From NCBI GenBank assembly GCA_963809895.1, contig CAWELD010000010.1:160001-224000 (forward strand): a DNA stretch of 64,000 bases, given 5' to 3'. A model generated the notes under the pieces. The model was not told where the DNA came from, made no database searches, and saw only the letters and a program-made list of their open reading frames with translations. The translations under genes and the position numbers were made by a program. Positions 53,460 to 61,012 of this stretch are shown piece after piece (position 1 is the stretch's first letter; each line of letters opens with the position of its first letter). Source of the stretch: an uncultured Gemmatimonadales bacterium. Its GTDB lineage: Bacteria; Gemmatimonadota; Gemmatimonadetes; Longimicrobiales; Gaopeijiaceae.

Positions 53460-54632
53460 TCATCCCACTTTCCGCCGCCCGCTCACCAGGATCCCGACGC
53501 CGGCACCCACGATCAGAGCCAAGGCCAGTCCGCCCCAACCCGCCGTCCCGGGAAGGGGCCCGGGCCGGACCGCGCCGTAGACCTCCTGGCCGCGCGTCCG
53601 CACGTATGCGCCCAGCGACGTGCCGAACGCCTCGGCGAAGGCGTCGTCCAGCGGCAGCGTGGAGGTCCAGAACGCGCGGAAGGCGTGGGGACCGAACCGG
53701 GCTTCCAGCCTCTGCAGGAAGTTCCCGTCGACCACTCCGGGCATGGGCGTGCCGATCCAGCGGGGATCCTCCACGGAGAGCACGCCAGCGTCGCGCGGAA
53801 GACCGCGGTTCTGGATGTTCAGGGGGATCGAGGGCGCCGCCTGCGCGACCAGTGACGCGCACACGGGCTCGTCACCGGACAGGCAGCGCTCGGCATCGAC
53901 GGGCAGATTCCGCGTGGGTCGCAGGCCACGGGTCATCCAGGTGCTCAGACCCGACTCGGGGAGCTGGCCGAGGGCCCTCCAACGCGCCCGCGCGGTCGGA
54001 AGCTCCGCCGTGGCGGCGGTCGCCCACGCCAGCACGCCGGCATCACCGCCGAGCCAGGTGGCCACGCCGGGCCCCGGCAGGCCGTAGCGCCCGACGAACC
54101 AGCAGGGTCCCATGACCTCCGACAGCCCGCCGTCGAGGCGCGGGCCTCCGCGCCTGGCCGCCGGCACGTCCACGGTGACGCACCATGTGCGACCGTGACG
54201 TCGGCCGGCCAGGGCGACGAGTGGTGCTCGGACGAGACGAAAACGGAGCTCGTCGGCGTACGGATCCGACGTCCTCAGATCGCTGCTGGTGGTCCGGAGG
54301 ATGCCGAGCGCAACGCCTGGCTCGAGGCGGCCACGGCTCGCCATGTCACCGAGCTCGCGTTGCCATCCGGAGGTCAGGGACACCGGCGGCGGAGTCCTGT
54401 CCAGGATCGTGAGAGTCCGTCCAGAGGCGGCCGCGGCCGTGACGCGGGCCGACAACGAGTCGGCCAGCGCCAGCCGGCGCAGGCGCACGGCCAGGAGCGA
54501 GGCGCGTGCCTCGCCGGATGGCGCCGTCGGTTCAGCCCCGATCGCGTTGACGCCCGGGGCGGTGGGCGGCAGGAACGCCGCCGTGATGGCCGCGCACGCC
54601 ACGAAAGTCAGGGCCAGCCAACGGCGTGTCAT
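53460..54632 (-). CDS. hypothetical exported membrane-anchored protein
   Basis: N-terminal signal/TM segment and C-terminal TM helix; ATGA overlap with the upstream gene. Confidence 0.7.
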   Translation of the reverse strand: MTRRWLALTFVACAAITAAFLPPTAPGVNAIGAEPTAPSGEARASLLAVRLRRLALADSLSARVTAAAASGRTLTILDRTPPPVSLTSGWQRELGDMASRGRLEPGVALGILRTTSSDLRTSDPYADELRFRLVRAPLVALAGRRHGRTWCVTVDVPAARRGGPRLDGGLSEVMGPCWFVGRYGLPGPGVATWLGGDAGVLAWATAATAELPTARARWRALGQLPESGLSTWMTRGLRPTRNLPVDAERCLSGDEPVCASLVAQAAPSIPLNIQNRGLPRDAGVLSVEDPRWIGTPMPGVVDGNFLQRLEARFGPHAFRAFWTSTLPLDDAFAEAFGTSLGAYVRTRGQEVYGAVRPGPLPGTAGWGGLALALIVGAGVGILVSGRRKVG

Positions 54633-55627
54633 CGTCCCAACCTCCAGCGCGTGCTGGTCATGGCGAGCAGGGCACACAGCGTGACCCACGCGAAGGCCAG
54701 ACGCCGATCACGGCGCTCGTCGGCGCTCCGATGCGCCGGGGCGGCCTCGAAGACGCGGGTGCGCCACGCGGCCACCAGGGTGCCTATGTCCACGTCGGCG
54801 GCGCGCTGGAGGGTCACCCTGGGTGATTCGTCGGAGGCGTCCACCCGCAGCATGCGCCCGAATGCCTCCGGGCCTCCCCGCTCCAGGGCGAAGGTCAGCA
54901 GCGACGCCCGCGCCCAGGAGTCCAGGGCGCCGGCATCGGCATCCCCCGAATCCGCCAGACCGAGGGCGCGGACACAGGCTGCGACCACGCCGTCGATGCA
55001 GTCCCGTGCGTCCATGGAGGGCGACAGCAGGAGAGACCGATAGCGCATGCCGTAGTCCGTCACGGCCTGGAGCGTCCGGGTTCCGTACCATCGTCGGAGA
55101 CCCTCGGGGAGGGCCTGCTGGAGCGCGACGCCCATCCGGGAGCGCAGCTCGGCCCGGCGCTGCTCCGGGGTCCCGGCCCACGTCGCCACGTTCTGGCTCG
55201 GGGATTGGATGCGGTGATCGCGATCGGTCTGGACGACCATGGGCTCCAGCGCGGCGACGGGGCGCGTCACGGGCCCGGTCCAGGACGCGTAGTCTTCCTG
55301 CCAGACGTCTTCGGCCACGCTCCCGACCTGGCCCGCGTCGGACGCCCAGGTCACGATCTGGAAGGGTCCGACCGCCAGCGTGTCGAGGCCGGTGGCGGTG
55401 GGGCGGCTGGCCTGCTGCTGGAGGGCGTCCTGCCGGCGCCGCGCCTCGCGAACGGAGACCATCTCCTTGTCCAGCTCGGCCTGCAGGCGGGCCCGTGCTC
55501 TCGCGAAGGTCGCCGAATCCTCGCTGACGATCTGTGCCCCCGCGCTCCCGGCTACGAGCAGGAGCAGGCTCACGGCCAGGAGGCTCGTGGCGTGGACTCC
55601 GATCCGCGTCCTGCGCTGCCTACACAT
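54629..55627 (-). CDS. hypothetical exported membrane-anchored protein
   Basis: Signal peptide ending AGAQ; C-terminal TM helix; overlaps both neighbours. Confidence 0.7.
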   Translation of the reverse strand: MCRQRRTRIGVHATSLLAVSLLLLVAGSAGAQIVSEDSATFARARARLQAELDKEMVSVREARRRQDALQQQASRPTATGLDTLAVGPFQIVTWASDAGQVGSVAEDVWQEDYASWTGPVTRPVAALEPMVVQTDRDHRIQSPSQNVATWAGTPEQRRAELRSRMGVALQQALPEGLRRWYGTRTLQAVTDYGMRYRSLLLSPSMDARDCIDGVVAACVRALGLADSGDADAGALDSWARASLLTFALERGGPEAFGRMLRVDASDESPRVTLQRAADVDIGTLVAAWRTRVFEAAPAHRSADERRDRRLAFAWVTLCALLAMTSTRWRLGR

Positions 55628-56303
55628 CGATGAGGAACCAGTTGCCGGTGAAGATCTGGAGCGGGCTCGGCCAGCGGCTCACGGCATCGGCGAGCCACGA
55701 CGTGAAATGGACCCCCTGGAGCGCCGGCACGAAGTCCCCGGCGAAGGTGACCACGACATCTCCGAGCAGGGGTGTGAGGATCACGGCCGTCAGCACGATG
55801 ACGGCGGTGCGGATCGTGCCTGCGGCCAGGGCGAAGACGATGCCGTACGCCGTGAGCACGGCCGCGAGGAACCGAAGGGTGAGAGCCCCGGGGTAGCCGT
55901 GCAGGCCCGTGGGAATGCTCAGTGACGCAACGGACAGGTAGGCGCCGCTGGCCAGGCCCGCCGTGGGGATCAGCGCGAGCAGGGCGCCGGCGCCGAACTT
56001 GAGGCCCGCGTATCGCCAGCGGGGGAGGGGAAGCGAGAGCGCGTATACGTGCTGCCCGTGGTGATCCCAACTCCAGGCGCTCAGCGCCAGGGTGGCGCCG
56101 GTGCCCGCCGCCAGGAGGGGAAAGAGGGGATTCCAGGTCGCGCCGACGGTGAAGATCTGATGGATGTAGAAGGTCGCCGGAATGCTCCCGCCGCCGCCCA
56201 GGGCCTGCACGGCGATGACCGGCAGGGCAAAGGCCGCGACCACGAAGGGCAGGAGCCCCCAGCGCACCGTCTTCCAGTGCAGATAGAGAAGTTGTCTCGC
56301 CAT
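55620..56303 (-). CDS. ABC-2-type permease-like membrane protein
   Basis: 5-6 TM helices; LSLPLPR......KF motif; follows the ABC ATPase. Confidence 0.75.
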   Translation of the reverse strand: MARQLLYLHWKTVRWGLLPFVVAAFALPVIAVQALGGGGSIPATFYIHQIFTVGATWNPLFPLLAAGTGATLALSAWSWDHHGQHVYALSLPLPRWRYAGLKFGAGALLALIPTAGLASGAYLSVASLSIPTGLHGYPGALTLRFLAAVLTAYGIVFALAAGTIRTAVIVLTAVILTPLLGDVVVTFAGDFVPALQGVHFTSWLADAVSRWPSPLQIFTGNWFLIDV

Positions 56304-56307
56304 GCTG

Positions 56308-57228
56308 CTAGTCCTCCTCGTGCTCGGTCAGACGGCTGCGTTGCGCCCGCAGGAGCTCCACGAAGCCGTCTTCCAGATCCAGGTCGATCACATCGCGAAC
56401 GTCGGCGCCCACGCGGGCCAGGTAGTCCCGGTGCCCGTCCTCCCACCCACGGACCACCCAGGTCTCGAAGGGTGACACGCCGTTGGGGGCCGCCCGGCGC
56501 AGGACGCGGAACGGAGTCTCCTCGGGGAGTGCTGCGGGCGCGCCATCCACCCGCAGGCGCTTGATGCCGCGCTTGAAGGTGTCCATGGGCAGCTCGTCCA
56601 CCAGACGACCCCGGTCGAGGATCCCCACCCAATCGCAGATCCGCTCCAGCTCGTGCACCAGGTGCGACGAGATGAAGACCGTGGCGCCCGTGTCGGACAC
56701 GTAGTCCAGCACCGTGGTCATGACGTCGCGGCGGATGACCGGGTCCAGCCCGTCGGTGGGCTCGTCCAGGACCAGGAGCTCGGGGCGCTGGCCCAGGGCC
56801 AGGGACATCAGCAGCTTGCCGGTCTCGCCCTTGGACATGCGGCTGATCTTGCGGGTGGGGTCCAGCCCCAGGCGCTCCAGGAGCTCATCGGCCCAGTGGG
56901 GATCCCACATGCGATGGAAGGAGGCGTGGTAGCGGAGGGCCTCTTCCACGGTCAGTTGGGGATAGACGTGGGGCCTCTCGGGCACGTATCCCACCCGGGA
57001 GAGGATGTGGGGCAGGTCCCGAGGCACGTGGCCGTCCAGCACCCGCACCGCGCCGCTCCCCGGTCGGATCATCCCCATGAGGATGCGGATGGCGGTGGTC
57101 TTGCCCGAGCCGTTGGGGCCCAGGAAGCCGTAGATGGATCCGCGAGGCACCCGCACCGTGAGGTCGCGGAGCGCGAAGGAGCGGCCGGGGCTCCAGCACA
57201 CGTCGGTGAGCTCGATGGCGTGGCTCAT
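56308..57228 (-). CDS. ABC transporter ATP-binding protein (YtrB-like)
   Basis: GPNGSGKTT, MSKGE, LDEPTDGLD and SSH motifs. Confidence 0.93.
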   Translation of the reverse strand: MSHAIELTDVCWSPGRSFALRDLTVRVPRGSIYGFLGPNGSGKTTAIRILMGMIRPGSGAVRVLDGHVPRDLPHILSRVGYVPERPHVYPQLTVEEALRYHASFHRMWDPHWADELLERLGLDPTRKISRMSKGETGKLLMSLALGQRPELLVLDEPTDGLDPVIRRDVMTTVLDYVSDTGATVFISSHLVHELERICDWVGILDRGRLVDELPMDTFKRGIKRLRVDGAPAALPEETPFRVLRRAAPNGVSPFETWVVRGWEDGHRDYLARVGADVRDVIDLDLEDGFVELLRAQRSRLTEHEED

Positions 57229-57629
57229 GGCTCCACGGCCTCCTTCTTCGCTCCCTCGACCTCTCCCGCCGCATCGTGCAGCGCCTCGAGGAACTCGCCG
57301 ACGGGTACGCCCCGCCGCGCCGCTTCGGCCAGGGCGCGCCGCGCCATGTCCCGGGCCTGCCGGCGGCGCTCGTCGTCCCGAGCGGGCGAGGGGACCTGAC
57401 GCACGAAGGTTCCGGCGCCGTGTCGGGTCTCCACGAAGCCGTCGGCCTCCAGGGACCGGTAGGCCTGCACCACCGTGGCGGGGTTCACCCGTGCCGTCCG
57501 TGCGAGCTGCCGCACCGAGGGCAGCGCATCGCCGGGTGACAGATCATGGGTCGCCACCGCCATGCGCACCCGTGCCGCGATCTGCGCGTAGAGAGGCGTG
57601 GGGCTCCGGGGATCCAGGTCTTCGAACAC
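57225..57629 (-). CDS. GntR-family regulator, YtrA subfamily
   Basis: PLYAQI...LPSVRQLA...VNP.TV..AY..LE..G...G.GTFV with a short C-terminal domain. Confidence 0.92.
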   Translation of the reverse strand: MFEDLDPRSPTPLYAQIAARVRMAVATHDLSPGDALPSVRQLARTARVNPATVVQAYRSLEADGFVETRHGAGTFVRQVPSPARDDERRRQARDMARRALAEAARRGVPVGEFLEALHDAAGEVEGAKKEAVEP

Positions 57630-57644
57630 GTCACAGGTCTCCGG

Positions 57645-58820
57645 TCACGAGCCACATGCGACCACACCGGCGGGCCATCCCGGGGGAGCACTGGCGCCGT
57701 AGCCCAGTAGGCACAGTCGGTCCAGGTTCCGGTGCGTGGCGACCAGTGCCCAACCGCGGTCGTCGGCGTTCAGGATGTCCAGCTCCAATCCCACCGGGAT
57801 CTCGATGGAGAGCGAATCGAGCCGGCTCGTGTAGGTGAAGTGGTCGGCGTAGTGAAGCTCCTCGGCGACGGCGAGCTGCCTGAGGATTCCTCGAACCTCC
57901 GCTGCCAGATCGACCGTGTCCGCGGCCATGTCCTCCCGCCTGTCGTCCACGTTCACGGCGAGCCACTCGGGAAGCTCCGCGGTCTCGTCGCTGGACTTCA
58001 GGGCGTAGACCCGCGCGAAGTTCACGCCGTTCGGATCGAGCCAGCGTCCCAGCACCTCCATGTCCCGGAGACGTACCTCCTGAGGATCGAAGGCCTCGGG
58101 AAGCGCCAGGACGGCGCGGGGTCGTCCTCCCTCCACCGTCGTCCAGCGGATCATGCCACCGGCAGCGTCGGGTTCGCGGATCAGCAGATCGCCACCGGCG
58201 GTGATCCGCACCTCACGCCAGGGCCTGGCGCCGCCAGGGGATGGCAGCTCCGACAGCAGGGACTTCACCCGCGCGCGCTCCTCGGGCGTCAGCGCACCGC
58301 TCACGAGGAAACGACGGAACGGCCACACATCCATGGCGAACACGCTGTCGCCGGACAGGTCCACGCTGCTCATGGTGCCCTGGATCCGCCCCTGGAGGTC
58401 GAAGCGGGTCGCGCGATCGCCACGGCTGTCCAGCGCCAGGACCGATGCAGGCGTGAGGTACACCCGCGACAGCCACTGGAACTCCCCCGGCCCGTCGCCC
58501 TGGCGACCCCAACTGCGCAGCCACTTGCCCTCGGCGTCGAAGACCGAGATGCGGTTCGCGCGGCCGTCGGCCACCAGGACGTCGCCGCCGGCCATGCGCC
58601 GCACGCTCACGATCTGGTCGAAGAGGTAATGGCGGTCACCGGACACGAGGCCGATCTCGAGCGACGGAGTCTCGGAGATCGACAGGACCGGCAGCGCTGA
58701 AGGGTCGGCGGCGCCGTCCGACGGCTGATGCTCCGGGGCGCACGCACCGGCGAGCAGGCTCGTGGCCAGGAGAGTCTTGGCCGCGAGGCGATGCTGAACG
58801 GCTGCAGATGCACGACGCAA
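57645..58820 (-). CDS. lipoprotein with 6-bladed beta-propeller-like region and pilin-like C-terminal domain
   Basis: Lipobox AGAC; I.VFD.EG......GR.GDGPGEF motif. Confidence 0.72.
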   Translation of the reverse strand: MRRASAAVQHRLAAKTLLATSLLAGACAPEHQPSDGAADPSALPVLSISETPSLEIGLVSGDRHYLFDQIVSVRRMAGGDVLVADGRANRISVFDAEGKWLRSWGRQGDGPGEFQWLSRVYLTPASVLALDSRGDRATRFDLQGRIQGTMSSVDLSGDSVFAMDVWPFRRFLVSGALTPEERARVKSLLSELPSPGGARPWREVRITAGGDLLIREPDAAGGMIRWTTVEGGRPRAVLALPEAFDPQEVRLRDMEVLGRWLDPNGVNFARVYALKSSDETAELPEWLAVNVDDRREDMAADTVDLAAEVRGILRQLAVAEELHYADHFTYTSRLDSLSIEIPVGLELDILNADDRGWALVATHRNLDRLCLLGYGASAPPGWPAGVVACGS

Positions 58821-58849
58821 CGAGGTCCTCCGCGCTGGAGACGAGACAC

Positions 58850-58885
58850 TGTATCGCTGTATCGGTCAACCAATACACCAATACA
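58850..58885. promoter_or_regulatory. putative YtrA-type operator
   Basis: TGTATCGC-TGTATCGG-TCAA-CCAATACA-CCAATACA nested palindrome, 30 nt upstream of the operon. Confidence 0.75.
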
Positions 58886-59038
58886 CCCGGAGACGCCCGT
58901 CGGTCAAGACTCTCGAGCGGGGGCCGGGAGAGGGTGACCCTGACGGCGCCCACGGACCACCGTAGTTTTCGCGGGCCCGGCGTCTTAGAGTGGGATGTCG
59001 GTTTCCATGCCTTCTCCCCCTCCCGACTCGACGCAGCC

Positions 59039-60454
59039 ATGGCTTCCGTGCCCCCCCGCCGCCGGTCGTTCGACCGGTCCATCGTCGAAGGCTCCCTGCC
59101 CGGAGCCGTCTGGCGGCTGGCCTGGCCCACCATGATCCAGAACGTCATCGGGGGGATGCAGGGCGTGATCGACCACGCCATGGTCGGCCACTACGTCGGC
59201 TTCACGGGCAACGCCGCCATCGGCGTGTCATGGCAGATCTTCCTGGTGGTGATCGTCTTCATCACCTCGCTCTTCACCGGGATGGGCGTTCTGGTGGCCC
59301 GCTTCACCGGCGCCGACGATCACGAAGCGGTCAACCGCACGGTGTATCAGGCCTTCCTCACCGCCGCCGGGTTGTCGCTCCTCATCATGGCTCCCGTGGG
59401 ATACGTATTGGCGCCCAAGCTCCTGGGGCTGGTGAACGCCACACCGGCAGTGCAGGCCGAGGCGCTGCCGTATCTGCGCACCATGTTCCTGTTCAGCTTC
59501 GGCATGATGATGTTCTTCATGCTGAGCGGGGCGCTGCGCTCGGCCGGTGACGCCACCACGCCTCTGCGTCTGGGCATCGTCCTCACGGCGCTGAACGTCA
59601 CGCTCAACGTCATCTTCATCGCCGGCCTCGGACCCGTTCCCGCGTTCGGCACCCAGGGCGCGGCCATGGGCACGGTCATCGCCGGGGCCCTGGTGAGCGT
59701 CGGAGCCATCGCCCTCATGTTCACCGGGCGGCTCGTCATCAGCTTTCACCGGGGGATGTCCCTCAGGCCCGATCCAGGCATCATCCGGGAGCTCTTCCGC
59801 TTCGGCCTGCCCACCGGCGTCCAGGGCGTGGCGATGAACGTGGGCGGCGTCTTCCTGCTGCGCTTCATCGGTTCGCTGGATGCCAGCGCCGAGGCTCAGG
59901 CCGCGTACGCCATCAGCTACACCGAGCTGTTCAGCTTCATCACCTGGACCTCGGTGGGCCTCATGGGAGCCACCGCCGCAGTGGCCGGCCAGAACCTCGG
60001 CGCCGGCCGCCCCGAGCGCACGGAGCAGGCCGTGCGGGTGGCGGCGCGCATCGGTCTCGGCGCCGCGGCGCTGGTGGGCTCGCTCTTCCTGCTGATTCCC
60101 CGGGCGTTGCTGGGGATCTTCGGGATGCAGGACCCGGCCGTGGTGGACCTGGGGGTCCAGCTCCTGCACTTCCTCAGCGTGTCGGGGCTCTTCATCACCG
60201 TGGCCCTGACCTACACCGGTGGGCTCCAGGGCACCGGCGACACCCGCAGCCCCCTCTACATCTCCATCGTCTCGCAGCTCGTCATTCCCCTGGGGATGTG
60301 CGCCATCCTGCAGGCGACCCGGGGCCTGCGCCCCACCGACATCTGGCTGGCGATCCTCATCGGACACGCCACGCGTTGCACACTCAGCGTCCTGCGCTTC
60401 CGCCAGGGCAAGTGGCGCGGGATCGAGGTGGACATCGGCACAGCACGGGCCTGA
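59039..60454 (+). CDS. MATE family efflux transporter
   Basis: LAWP, D.AMVG, LR..GD..TP, GAA.GT, GQNLGAG and GTGDT..P motifs. Confidence 0.93.
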   Translation: MASVPPRRRSFDRSIVEGSLPGAVWRLAWPTMIQNVIGGMQGVIDHAMVGHYVGFTGNAAIGVSWQIFLVVIVFITSLFTGMGVLVARFTGADDHEAVNRTVYQAFLTAAGLSLLIMAPVGYVLAPKLLGLVNATPAVQAEALPYLRTMFLFSFGMMMFFMLSGALRSAGDATTPLRLGIVLTALNVTLNVIFIAGLGPVPAFGTQGAAMGTVIAGALVSVGAIALMFTGRLVISFHRGMSLRPDPGIIRELFRFGLPTGVQGVAMNVGGVFLLRFIGSLDASAEAQAAYAISYTELFSFITWTSVGLMGATAAVAGQNLGAGRPERTEQAVRVAARIGLGAAALVGSLFLLIPRALLGIFGMQDPAVVDLGVQLLHFLSVSGLFITVALTYTGGLQGTGDTRSPLYISIVSQLVIPLGMCAILQATRGLRPTDIWLAILIGHATRCTLSVLRFRQGKWRGIEVDIGTARA

Positions 60455-60527
60455 AGGTTTGCGGGTCCGGGGGGCGGAATCTCCCTCGGGGCAGGCGTGA
60501 TCCCGGCCCGTTGGATTCGCCGCCCCT

Positions 60528-60586
60528 TCCCATTGACATCTTAGGGGACGTCGGCGAAGTTTGGGTCCCATAGACATTTTATGGGA
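60528..60586 (+). promoter_or_regulatory. two putative PadR operators overlapping a -35 TTGACA
   Basis: TCCCATTGACATCTTAGGGGA (60528-60548) and TCCCATAGACATTTTATGGGA (60566-60586); 18/21 identical and palindromic. Confidence 0.72.
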
Positions 60587-60661
60587 GTCGACGCCCACGG
60601 CCTGGCCGGCGAGCGATGGTCCCGCCGCGGTGGGCCGTAGAAGACGACGAGGGGTGATGCC

Positions 60662-61012
60662 ATGAGTCGGATGGACATTCTACAGGGGACGCTGGACGTC
60701 CTGATCCTCCAGACCCTGGAGGCCGCGGGGTCCACCCACGGGTACCAGATCGCCCGTTCCATCAAGGAGCGGTCCGACGAGGTGCTCCAGGTCGAGGAGG
60801 GTGCGCTCTATCCCGCCCTCCACCGACTGCAGCGCCGGGGCTGGGTGCGCTCCGAGTGGGGACGCTCCGAGAACAAGCGACGGGCCAAGTTCTACGAGCT
60901 CACCGACGAGGGGCGGCGCGCCTTGCGTACCGAGGCCACGGCGTGGGACCGCTACGCCGCGGCGGTGGGCAAGGTCCTGGACGGCGCGCCTCGGGGAACG
61001 GTGGCGCCGTGA
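60662..61012 (+). CDS. PadR-family regulator (acidobacterial-type)
   Basis: LQGTLD.LIL, HGY.I, EEGALYPALHRL and W..SEN.RRAKFY motifs. Confidence 0.93.
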   Translation: MSRMDILQGTLDVLILQTLEAAGSTHGYQIARSIKERSDEVLQVEEGALYPALHRLQRRGWVRSEWGRSENKRRAKFYELTDEGRRALRTEATAWDRYAAAVGKVLDGAPRGTVAP

